Assembly: GCA_038826135.1 (NCBI GenBank)
Contig: JAWBON010000011.1
Coordinates: 5,030 to 18,725 of the forward strand
Direction of reading: 5' to 3'
Source: Candidatus Odinarchaeota archaeon
GTDB taxonomy: Archaea; Asgardarchaeota; Odinarchaeia; Odinarchaeales; Odinarchaeaceae
DNA length: 13,696 nt
This document shows, piece after piece, positions 1 to 7,400 of this stretch. Below the pieces are notes generated by a model. That model searched no databases and was not told the origin of the DNA. It was given only the letters and a program-made list of their open reading frames with translations. A program made the translations under genes and the position numbers. The stretch's first letter is position 1. Each line of letters starts with the position of its first letter.

Positions 1-4
1 GCCT

Positions 5-190
5 GTTGCAAAAGCAAATCTAGAAAAACAAGGATTGAAACTCCCTGACAGCGTCTGATGTGTCAGGAACAAGCAAGTGTTGCAAAAGCAAATCTAGAAA
101 AACAAGGATTGAAACCTGGGATGATAGACTATTTTAAAAAGCCTTTAATGAGGGTTGCAAAAGCAAATCTAGAAAAACAAGGATTGAAAC
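5..190 (+). CRISPR. End of a CRISPR array: 3 identical 37-bp repeats GTTGCAAAAGCAAATCTAGAAAAACAAGGATTGAAAC (5-41, 79-115, 154-190) with spacers of 37 bp (42-78) and 38 bp (116-153); the array probably continues left of the window
   Basis: Exact direct repeats at 74-75 bp period with unrelated spacers. The repeat ends in ATTGAAAC, the typical 8-nt crRNA 5' handle of Cas6-processed class 1 (type I/III) arrays, suggesting + strand transcription. No cas genes in the window. Confidence 0.97.
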
Positions 191-320
191 TTGTTTGTTT
201 ATTAAAAAATTATTTTATACCGTTAACTTTTAATAATCGGTTTGTCTTCAAGAGTCTACGTTGTAGAGAATAAATTCTGTCTCTTCTTTAAGTAAAGTTG
301 TTTGGTTAGTGGTGTTGTTT

Positions 321-1115
321 ATGTCTAAGAGAACTAGTGTAAAGAAATCGGTGTCTGATAAGGACGCGGATAAAGTTAAGACTGGTAGTGTTGGGAAGGA
401 GGATATTTCGAGTATTTTGAAGGGTGATTTTCTACTGGTTGATTTTATAGGTAGGGTTAAGGAATCTAATGAGCTGTTTGATGTTACTGTTGAGTCTGTT
501 GCTAAAGCTGAGAAGGTTTACAGTGATAAGGTGGTTTATAAACCTAGGCTGGTTATAGCTGGTGAGGGTTGGGTTGTTAAAGGTTTAGATGAGGAGATTT
601 TGAAGATGAAGATTCCGGATGAGAAGACGTTTGAACTTCCACCTGAGAAGGCGTTCGGTGAGCGTGATCCTAAGGCTATAAAAGTGATGCCTTTACGTGA
701 GTTTAAAAAACAGAATATTAATCCTTATTCTGGTATGCGTCTTAGGGTTGGCTCGGTTTCAGCGACTGTTAAAAATGTTAGCAGTGGTAGGGTTACATTA
801 GATTTTAATTTGCCTTTAGCTGGTAAAACTATACTGTATACGGTTATGATTCGTAAGAAGCTTGTTGACTTAGTGGATAAGGTTAAGGCTCTAGTTCAGC
901 GGAGATTAGAGAATGTTAACGTAGATGAGATAAACGTGACTTTTAAAGACGGTGAGCTCAGTGTTGAACTGCCCGCTTCAGAGTATTTTAAAGAGGGTAT
1001 TCAATATTCTAAGAAGGGTATTTCCAGGGATATTTACAGGTATATTCCCTCTATAAGCAAGGTATCATTTATTGAACATTATTTACCTGAGTTAGGTGAT
1101 AAAAGTTCTAGTTGA
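321..1115 (+). CDS. Archaeal long-type FKBP peptidyl-prolyl cis-trans isomerase (SlyD-like, with IF insertion and C-terminal domain)
   Basis: KGDFLLVDFIGRVKESNELFDVT, LVIAGEGWVVKGLDEEI, LPPEKAFGERDP and VTLDFNLPLAGKTILY match FKBP/SlyD motifs. ATG at 321 with GGTG upstream is preferred over the ORF-track GTG at 309. Confidence 0.92.
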   Translation: MSKRTSVKKSVSDKDADKVKTGSVGKEDISSILKGDFLLVDFIGRVKESNELFDVTVESVAKAEKVYSDKVVYKPRLVIAGEGWVVKGLDEEILKMKIPDEKTFELPPEKAFGERDPKAIKVMPLREFKKQNINPYSGMRLRVGSVSATVKNVSSGRVTLDFNLPLAGKTILYTVMIRKKLVDLVDKVKALVQRRLENVNVDEINVTFKDGELSVELPASEYFKEGIQYSKKGISRDIYRYIPSISKVSFIEHYLPELGDKSSS

Positions 1116-1525
1116 CATATTTTAAAATTCTTTTTTAAAGTGGCAGGGTGGTCTATAACTTGGATTATCTTACACTTATCCCCTTGTTTTAACCCGGGTG
1201 GTTCCCTGTATTTTTCTAATTCTTCAGGTACTGTTTCTTCAACTGGTTTAAATAATATTATAGCACCTTCGAAAACTGTTCTAGCCTCTATCAAGGCTTC
1301 GATAAGCGAGTATTTGACTTCTACAACAGCCATTTCGGTTTCAAGAATTTTGCATGGGTGTTTCTTAGATAATATTCTAACAACTTCGTAGAGTCTTCCT
1401 TTAACAAGGTTGTCTGAGCAGGTTTTTTTAAGTTTGCATTCGCTGCACTCGGGCAGTTCGCTGTAGAATATGAATTTATGGCCGATTTTAGCCTGCTCAA
1501 CGCTGAGTAAGGTTATTATCGCCAT
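1079..1525 (-). CDS. UPF0179 family protein (putative metal-binding, archaeal)
   Basis: N-terminal IITL, CxxC-x5-C (CSECKLKKTC), NLVKGRLYEV, HPC and PxGL-x2-G pattern typical of UPF0179; lies downstream of egsA on the same strand. Confidence 0.8.
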   Translation of the reverse strand: MAIITLLSVEQAKIGHKFIFYSELPECSECKLKKTCSDNLVKGRLYEVVRILSKKHPCKILETEMAVVEVKYSLIEALIEARTVFEGAIILFKPVEETVPEELEKYREPPGLKQGDKCKIIQVIDHPATLKKNFKICQLELLSPNSGK

Positions 1526-1560
1526 AAGCTTGCGCCTCTTTAGTTTTACAGATTTAAAGA

Positions 1561-2613
1561 TTATATGATGTTAACTTTCTTTAATATTCTCTCAGCTTTA
1601 GAATGGGTTAAAGCAGCTTCGTTAAGTATTGTATACCTGTCAGGTCTTATTTTAGGTGCTTTGACAAGAGCCTCTATGACTGTTTGCTTGGTTAAGCCTA
1701 GCTCTATTGAATTTGTAGGGGCGCCTATTGTCTTCAAAGTATTTTGGATAAGTTTCCAATCGCCTTTGTGGAGGAACATTGCTATAATTGTGCCTACGCC
1801 GCATTTCTCACCGTGTAAGGCAGTGTTCTCTGTTAAAAGATCTATGCTATGGCTGAAAAGATGCTCTGAACCGCTAGCTGGTCTACTGCTTCCGGCTATG
1901 GACATAGCCACGCCGCTTGATATTAAAGCTTCTAAAACAAGTCTTATAGCGTTTTCATTGAAATCTCTTATGGACTGAGCGTTTTTAATTATAATATCAG
2001 AGGCCATATTGGATAGGGAGGCAGCGTACTCTCCGAAGTATTCTCCGATTTTTAAATGGGCTAGCCGCCAATCCATGACCGCTGTGGAGTTGGATATCAG
2101 ATCCGCGCAGCCTGAGGCGAAAAACCGGTAGGGGGCCTTCCTAATTATGTTAGTGTCCGCTATTATCGCGAGGGGGGCTTCAGCCTCTATCGAATAGACT
2201 TTATCCGCTCCTTTTATAGAAGCTCTGGGTGAGGCTATGCCGTCATGGGAGGCTGTTGTGGGTATGCTAATATATGGTTTGCAGAGTTTGCTTGAAACCA
2301 CTTTAGCCATATCGATAACGCTTCCGCCTCCTACTCCAATTATTACTGAAGGCTTACTATTCAAATACTCGCCGGCTATTCTACCCGCTTCCTCTGTGGA
2401 AGCTTTATTTACAATCTCCACGTTGATATTGTAATCTTTATCTTTAAGCTGTTTTTCAACAGTTTCAGCTGCTATTAACCTAGTTTTCTCCCCGGTGAGT
2501 ATCAGAACTCTTCCATTAAAACCTAGTTTTTCAAGTACTTTCGATACTTCTCTAACCGTATTCGGACCCACTAAAATCTCCCTGGGCAGTTGCATACGAT
2601 GCTGTGTTGACAT
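1561..2613 (-). CDS. egsA: NAD(P)-dependent sn-glycerol-1-phosphate dehydrogenase
   Basis: GVGGGSVIDMAK, PTTASHDGIASP, GSSRPASGSEHLFSH and LHGEKCGVG motifs; 350 aa; AGAGGGG ribosome-binding site upstream. Confidence 0.97.
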   Translation of the reverse strand: MSTQHRMQLPREILVGPNTVREVSKVLEKLGFNGRVLILTGEKTRLIAAETVEKQLKDKDYNINVEIVNKASTEEAGRIAGEYLNSKPSVIIGVGGGSVIDMAKVVSSKLCKPYISIPTTASHDGIASPRASIKGADKVYSIEAEAPLAIIADTNIIRKAPYRFFASGCADLISNSTAVMDWRLAHLKIGEYFGEYAASLSNMASDIIIKNAQSIRDFNENAIRLVLEALISSGVAMSIAGSSRPASGSEHLFSHSIDLLTENTALHGEKCGVGTIIAMFLHKGDWKLIQNTLKTIGAPTNSIELGLTKQTVIEALVKAPKIRPDRYTILNEAALTHSKAERILKKVNII

Positions 2614-2734
2614 TTAAACCCCTCTCTTAATGTGTTTGCGCTATATTTAAATACATTAATGTTAAATGGTTTAATATCTGTTATACCGGTTTTTAAACTC
2701 TTTAATAACCCGTTTTTAGACTGAGGGGTGTTTA

Positions 2735-3376
2735 ATGGATTATAACGAGCTTATAAACAATATGGATAAGTTTACCACAGGAACAACCACTGTTGGGATA
2801 AGATGCGTAGACGGGGTTATATTAGCCACTGATAGGCGTGCAACAGCAGGTTACCTTATAGCTAACAGGAACGCTCAGAAAATTTATATTTTAGATGAAC
2901 ATATGGCGGCTACAATAGCTGGCACGGTGGCTGACGCTCAGAACATAATGGATGTTATAACCGCTGAAGCTAAACTTTATAAGATAAGAAGCGGTAAGCC
3001 TATACCGGTTAAGGCGGCTTCGAGGCTTCTATCAAACATACTCTTCCAATCTAGGATGCTACCTTACATATTACAGTTAATTATTGGAGGGGTTGATGAG
3101 GCTGGTCCTAGCCTATTTGTGCTAGACCTGTTCGGAAGTCTTACAGAGGAGAAATTCATCTCCACAGGTTCAGGTTCACCTATAGCCTTAGGTGTTTTAG
3201 AGGACAGATACTTTGATAATATAGACGTCGATTCAGCTATACGTTTAGCTATTCAAGCTGTTAACTCAGCTATTAATAGGGATATAGGTTCAGGTGACGG
3301 AGTGGATGTGATAAAGATAACAGATACAGGTGTAACTAAACTATCACAGGAAGAAATAGATAAATATGTTTCTTAA
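2735..3376 (+). CDS. psmB: Proteasome beta subunit (with propeptide)
   Basis: Propeptide followed by TG/TTTVG (catalytic Thr1), ATDRRAT, GSGSPIA and RDIGSGDG Ntn-hydrolase motifs. Confidence 0.97.
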   Translation: MDYNELINNMDKFTTGTTTVGIRCVDGVILATDRRATAGYLIANRNAQKIYILDEHMAATIAGTVADAQNIMDVITAEAKLYKIRSGKPIPVKAASRLLSNILFQSRMLPYILQLIIGGVDEAGPSLFVLDLFGSLTEEKFISTGSGSPIALGVLEDRYFDNIDVDSAIRLAIQAVNSAINRDIGSGDGVDVIKITDTGVTKLSQEEIDKYVS

Positions 3377-3430
3377 AACTATCCGAGTGGTTTACGATAA
3401 AAATTAAATTTTTTAATAGGCGAAATTTAA

Positions 3431-5338
3431 ATGTCTTCAAAAGATGTTTTAGACGCGCTTCGTGAAACGATATTGAACTCCATGCCCCCTAAAGCCATGG
3501 TGACAGCTGTAGAATTTGAGGGTCCTGAAATAGCTGTTTACTCCAAGAATCCTCAGATATTAATGGATAACGAGGATTTTGTAAAGGAAGTCGTCCACAG
3601 GATTAGGAAAAGGATTGTTTTAAGATCTGATCCTTCTATAAGATTGGAACCGGTGGATGCTGAGACTTCTATTAGGAAGATAGTTCCTGGGGAGGCGGAG
3701 ATAACCAGCCTGTATTTTGATCACAATCTCGGCGAGGTTATTATAGAGGCTAAAAAACCGGGTTTAGTGATAGGTAGGAACGGTGTGACACTTAAAGAGA
3801 TCACAGGTCAGGTATTGTGGAGGCCTGTGGTTGTTAGGACCCCCCCTCTAGCATCTAAGACAGTAAGTCAAATCCGCTCTATACTTCAAAATGAAAGTGA
3901 GCTTAGAAAAAAAATTCTTAGAAAAATAGGTGAGCGTATCCATAGACCGCCTATTCTTAAGAGTGATTTTATAAGAATTACATCTCTGGGCGGTTTTAGA
4001 GAGGTGGGAAGAACTTCTATACTTCTCCAAACAATAGAGAGTAATGTTTTAATAGATTGCGGGGTTAATGTCGGTTCAACTCTTCAACCGTTTCCGAGAG
4101 TGGATATGCCTGAATTTGAATTAGATAAGCTTGACGCTGTGATTATAACTCACTCTCATCTCGATCACTCTGGTTTCGCTCCCTTCCTTTTTAAATACGG
4201 TTATGAAGGGCCTGTTTACTGCACTAGTGCTACACTTAACTTGATGACTCTGCTTCAATTAGATTACATAGATGTAGCCACACGGGAGGGTAAGCTTTTA
4301 CCATACAGTCCTCGAGATGTTAAAAAAATGGTTCTACACACTATACCTTTAGAATACGGTGAGGTAACGGATATTTCTCCGGATATTAGGCTTACACTTC
4401 ATAATGCAGGTCACATACTAGGTTCTTCAATAGTTCATTTACATATAGGTGACGGCCTTTACAACTTAGCTTATACGGGAGACTTTAAATTCGGCCATTC
4501 AAGGCTTTTAGAGCAGGCTAATTATAATTTCCCACGTCTTGAAACCCTTATAGTTGAGAGCACTTACGGTGCGCCTAATGATATTATGCCTGCTAAGAAG
4601 GATACGGAAGCCAGTTTAGTTGAGATTGTTAAAACTACGATCAGTAGGGGTGGTAAATGTTTAATCCCAGTTTTAGCGGTTGGTAGAGCGCAGGAGATAA
4701 TCTTAGTAATAGAGGAGTTTATGAGGCGTGGAACTATCCCGCCAGCCCCCGTATACATAGAGGGTATGATCTCCGAAGCCACAGCGATACATACAACTCA
4801 CCCAGAGTATCTTAATCCAGAGCTTAGAGAGAGAATATTCCATTACGGTCATAACCCGTTTTTAGCTGAATACTTTGTTCAAGTAGATAATATGAGTGAG
4901 AGAACAGATATTGTTGAAGGCGACCCGTGCATTATCCTAGCTACTTCTGGAATGCTTCAAGGCGGGCCCTCAGTAGAGTACTTCCGGCTTTTAGCAGACG
5001 ACCCTAAAAACTCTCTAATATTTGTAAGCTATCAAGTTGAGGGAACGCTTGGTCGTAGAGTTCAGAAAGGATTAAAAGATATACCTATGAAAAATAAGGA
5101 TGGTAAAATAGAGATGGTGAATGTGAAGATGCAGATCCACACTATTGAAGGCTTTTCAGGGCATTCAGATAGGCGGCAGCTGCTAGGTTTCATACAGAAG
5201 ATTCATCCTAAACCTGAAAGAATTTTAACATGTCACGGCGAGAATAGTAAATGCGTAAATCTTGCAAGCTATATTCATAAAGCTTATAGAATAGAAACAA
5301 GGGCTCCAGCTAATTTAGAAACTATCCGTTTAAAGTAA
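3431..5338 (+). CDS. fttA: aCPSF1 / FttA beta-CASP ribonuclease with N-terminal KH domains (archaeal transcription termination factor)
   Basis: EFEGPEI, KPGLVIG (KH), GGFREVGR, HSHLDH metallo-beta-lactamase motif, AGHILGS, ESTYG, GRAQE, GFSGHSD and HGE; 635 aa; directly downstream of psmB. Confidence 0.96.
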   Translation: MSSKDVLDALRETILNSMPPKAMVTAVEFEGPEIAVYSKNPQILMDNEDFVKEVVHRIRKRIVLRSDPSIRLEPVDAETSIRKIVPGEAEITSLYFDHNLGEVIIEAKKPGLVIGRNGVTLKEITGQVLWRPVVVRTPPLASKTVSQIRSILQNESELRKKILRKIGERIHRPPILKSDFIRITSLGGFREVGRTSILLQTIESNVLIDCGVNVGSTLQPFPRVDMPEFELDKLDAVIITHSHLDHSGFAPFLFKYGYEGPVYCTSATLNLMTLLQLDYIDVATREGKLLPYSPRDVKKMVLHTIPLEYGEVTDISPDIRLTLHNAGHILGSSIVHLHIGDGLYNLAYTGDFKFGHSRLLEQANYNFPRLETLIVESTYGAPNDIMPAKKDTEASLVEIVKTTISRGGKCLIPVLAVGRAQEIILVIEEFMRRGTIPPAPVYIEGMISEATAIHTTHPEYLNPELRERIFHYGHNPFLAEYFVQVDNMSERTDIVEGDPCIILATSGMLQGGPSVEYFRLLADDPKNSLIFVSYQVEGTLGRRVQKGLKDIPMKNKDGKIEMVNVKMQIHTIEGFSGHSDRRQLLGFIQKIHPKPERILTCHGENSKCVNLASYIHKAYRIETRAPANLETIRLK

Positions 5339-5427
5339 GTTTAAACCGTGAATTTTTTAACACTGTAAATAATACGGTTACTCGGTTTCATAGAATACTG
5401 TCTTAAATTTGTAATCTTTTAAATAAT

Positions 5428-5865
5428 TTAGATATTACCGCTCGACTCCCCGCCTCTTCTCCATATCTTAATACCGGCGGGTGTTAAAATAATGTAGCGG
5501 TCTGACAGTTGTGCTATATCCCCGTTATTCACTTTCACTATGCCCCTCATCTGTTCAACTGCGCGCTTCAACTCTACTGAGAACCCACCGTCTTTTTTAA
5601 GAGCTATTATATCCGCTATTACAATATTCCCTGTCTCCAGCTCGCTTTGAACGTCATCCACATCTGATAAACCGTACATGTGGATAACCTTAAGATAGTG
5701 TTCTTTGACGGATTGGGGTTTTCCCTCTACAGTTAACTGTTCCCCTGGAGGATACTCCTCTATGAAATCGGTGGCAGCCTGTTTATCCAATTCACCCTGA
5801 TCTAAGGCTTGTTCAATCTCCTCGGCAGGTTTTCTCCTTTTAAAAATTCTATTTAATAATCCCAA
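5428..5865 (-). CDS. sepF: SepF/DUF552-family protein (putative FtsZ membrane anchor)
   Basis: Core LETGNIVIADI...LKRAVEQMRGIVKVNNGDIAQL...YIILTPAGIKI is typical of archaeal SepF/DUF552. N-terminal MGLLNRIFKRRK could form an amphipathic helix. TTG start. Confidence 0.78.
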   Translation of the reverse strand: MGLLNRIFKRRKPAEEIEQALDQGELDKQAATDFIEEYPPGEQLTVEGKPQSVKEHYLKVIHMYGLSDVDDVQSELETGNIVIADIIALKKDGGFSVELKRAVEQMRGIVKVNNGDIAQLSDRYIILTPAGIKIWRRGGESSGNI

Positions 5866-5921
5866 TAATCGATCACACTCTAATTTAATTATATATTAAA
5901 TGGTTTTTAACTTATTTATTA

Positions 5922-6434
5922 TTAACTATTATTCAAGTTTAACGATAACGTTAACCCCCATATTTTATCTCCAACGTAATGTAGAATTCTCACAGCTCTC
6001 CCTTTCCCACCGGTTTTAAAATCTTCAAGTGGGATGAGGGCTTCACCCACAGCTATTGCTTTCCCATGTTTCTCATCGATTATTTTAACGATACTTCCCT
6101 TTGAAACTCTATCCGAACACGCTACTATACCGGGAAGCATAACATCCGCACCTTTTATAATGAAAGGAACAGCTCCCATGTCAACTGTTATAGAGGGTAT
6201 GTCTAAACCCCTGTTAAGCAAGCTGATGGATGGTATTAACTTATCATCGACGGTTATCAATTCGACCCTGTTATTTACTACGTAAAGTTTAACATTGCAC
6301 GTTAACGTGATAACTTCGATTCTTGAATTTTTCAAGTCAAGTACACTGTTTAACTGAGGATAGGTTTTCAGAATCTCCTGTTTCAAATTTCTAATATCTT
6401 TAGAGCTTAAAAAATGTCGGCTTCTAACTTGCAT
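5922..6434 (-). CDS. PUA-domain RNA-binding protein (DUF1947 + PUA; MCT-1/Tma20-like)
   Basis: RHFLSSKDIR N-terminus, LIPSI, ITVDMGAVPFIIKGADVMLPGI, GKAIAVG and GRAVRILHYVGDKIW. Confidence 0.92.
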   Translation of the reverse strand: MQVRSRHFLSSKDIRNLKQEILKTYPQLNSVLDLKNSRIEVITLTCNVKLYVVNNRVELITVDDKLIPSISLLNRGLDIPSITVDMGAVPFIIKGADVMLPGIVACSDRVSKGSIVKIIDEKHGKAIAVGEALIPLEDFKTGGKGRAVRILHYVGDKIWGLTLSLNLNNS

Positions 6435-6613
6435 AGCGTATTCGCCTTTTAAACTCTATATAAAATTATTTTTAAGGATTATCATATTAACACTGTGAAT
6501 TCATAATATTACATTTTTCAACTTATAGTGTTTGTTTCATCCTTCTTTAAGCGATATTTTTAAATAACAATGGCTGAACTACAATGTTAGAATTTATTTT
6601 CGGAGCTGGAAGT

Positions 6614-6847
6614 ATGAGCGGTCAAAGACCTTTAGACATTTTAGGTAGATCGGTTGACAAAAATGTTCTAGTAACGTTGAAAGGTGGGAAGGGGATAAGA
6701 GGGAAACTTGTAGGGTTCGACCAACATATGAACCTGGTTTTAACTGACGCTGAGGAGATAGGTGAAAACGATGAGCCCTCTAAGAGTCTAGGCTCGGTTA
6801 TAGTTAGAGGGGATAATGTTATAATAATATCTCCACCGCCGACATAG
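6614..6847 (+). CDS. lsm: Sm-like archaeal protein (SmAP1/Lsm)
   Basis: RPLDIL, VLVTLKGG, RGKLVGFDQHMNLVL (Sm1) and LGSVIVRGDNVIIISP (Sm2). ATG at 6614 is preferred over 6584. Sits upstream of rpl37e as is usual in archaea. Confidence 0.95.
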   Translation: MSGQRPLDILGRSVDKNVLVTLKGGKGIRGKLVGFDQHMNLVLTDAEEIGENDEPSKSLGSVIVRGDNVIIISPPPT

Positions 6848-6851
6848 AGCG

Positions 6852-6864
6852 ATAATTTAATAAG
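6852..6864 (+). promoter_or_regulatory. Putative TATA-box promoter element upstream of rpl37e
   Basis: ATAATTTAATAAG, an identical 13-mer to the one upstream of tRNA-Ala; about 53 nt before the rpl37e ATG. Confidence 0.4.
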
Positions 6865-6916
6865 TATGAAGTAAGTTTTAGACAACTATATTATACGTGA
6901 TGTAGAGGTTAACGGT

Positions 6917-7105
6917 ATGACGAAGGGTACACCATCTTTTGGTAAGAGAAGCGGTAAATTCACTCATATAAGGTGTAGGCGATGTGGTAGGCATTCCTAC
7001 ATAGCTAGGAAGAGATATTGCGCAGCCTGCGGGTTCGGTCGCTCCAGTCGGTTAAGAAAATATAACTGGTCTAATAAGAAAATTAACAGGGTTAGAATAA
7101 TTTAA
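6917..7105 (+). CDS. rpl37e: 50S ribosomal protein L37e
   Basis: [41 protein letters not shown] (C4 zinc finger). Confidence 0.98.
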   Translation: MTKGTPSFGKRSGKFTHIRCRRCGRHSYIARKRYCAACGFGRSSRLRKYNWSNKKINRVRII

Positions 7106-7109
7106 TAAG
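7097..7109 (+). promoter_or_regulatory. Putative TATA-box promoter of tRNA-Ala, overlapping the rpl37e stop codon
   Basis: TTTAATAA at 7101-7108, 26-33 nt upstream of tRNA G1 (7134). Confidence 0.5.
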
Positions 7110-7133
7110 CTGTTTTATGGTACTGATTTTCGG

Positions 7134-7235
7134 GGGCCGGTAGATCAGCGGAAGATCGCCGCCTTGGCATGGCGGAGATGTTTTAAAATGTTTAAACACC
7201 GCAAGCCGCGAGTTCAAATCTCGCCCGGTCCACCA
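7134..7235 (+). tRNA. tRNA-Ala(GGC) with a 27-nt intron at position 45/46 (7178-7204); CCA encoded
   Basis: Acceptor GGGCCGG/CCGGTCC with the G3:U70 Ala identity pair; D stem GATC/GATC; anticodon arm CCGCC-TTGGCAT-GGCGG (GGC at 7166-7168); T arm GCGAG-TTCAAAT-CTCGC; ACCA end. Removing 7178-7204 restores the AGGCC variable loop. Confidence 0.95.
7178..7204 (+). other. Non-canonical tRNA intron (45/46) with bulge-helix-bulge-type motif
   Basis: Central helix GCGG(7172-7175)/CCGC(7199-7202), bulges AG|A and AA|G, intron helix TGTTT(7179-7183)/AAACA(7194-7198). Confidence 0.88.
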
Positions 7236-7252
7236 TGCTATATAGGTAAAAA

Positions 7253-7260
7253 TTTAAAAA
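7253..7260 (+). promoter_or_regulatory. Putative TATA box of tRNA-Gly
   Basis: TTTAAAAA preceded by purine-rich GGTAAAAA (BRE-like), 30-37 nt upstream of tRNA G1 (7290). Confidence 0.4.
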
Positions 7261-7329
7261 CAAGAATCATATATTAGCAATGTAGCTATGCGGCTGTAGT
7301 CTAGTTTGGATTAGGACGCGAGCCTGCCA

Positions 7330-7357
7330 TATCTAATACATGATATTAGATTCAGAG
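7330..7357 (+). other. Canonical-position (37/38) tRNA intron with relaxed BHB
   Basis: Intron helix ATCTAATA(7331-7338)/TATTAGAT(7344-7351); central helix CTGC/TCAG with one C-T mismatch; bulges CA|T and AG|C. Confidence 0.88.
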
Positions 7358-7372
7358 CGCTTGCGACCCGGG

Positions 7373-7400
7373 AACTTAACGGTAAACGTTAAGTCGGGAG
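7373..7400 (+). other. Non-canonical tRNA intron (53/54, T arm) with BHB
   Basis: Central helix CCCG(7367-7370)/CGGG(7395-7398), bulges GG|A and AG|T, intron helix ACTTAACG(7374-7381)/CGTTAAGT(7387-7394). Confidence 0.88.

Noticed and set aside
255-267. TCTAC-GTT-GTAGA hairpin resembling the Cas12a repeat stem
   Set aside because: Single copy, 5-bp stem with a 3-nt loop, lacks the AATT pseudoknot flank, no cas12 gene; chance is likely.
58-273. 71-aa ORF with a repeated AKANLEKQGLK peptide
   Set aside because: It is the translation of the CRISPR repeats and spacers, not a gene.
222-300. Possible degenerate fourth CRISPR repeat (e.g. GTTGTAGAGAATAAATTC at 260)
   Set aside because: Weak similarity, off the 74-75 bp period, and no ATTGAAAC-like end.
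1140-2434. Antisense ORFs 1140-1391, 1565-1978 and 2237-2434
   Set aside because: Shadows of UPF0179 and egsA on the opposite strand; no recognisable motifs.
2653-2662. Palindrome ACATTAATGT between divergent egsA and psmB
   Set aside because: Short, AT-rich and single; cannot be distinguished from chance.
2735-5338. psmB-aCPSF1 adjacency as a novel proteasome/RNA-decay link
   Set aside because: Well-known conserved archaeal synteny, not new.
3848-6885. Small antisense ORFs 3848-4030, 4564-4782, 6034-6285 and 6622-6885
   Set aside because: Fully or largely overlap confidently identified genes on the other strand; no coding signal of their own.
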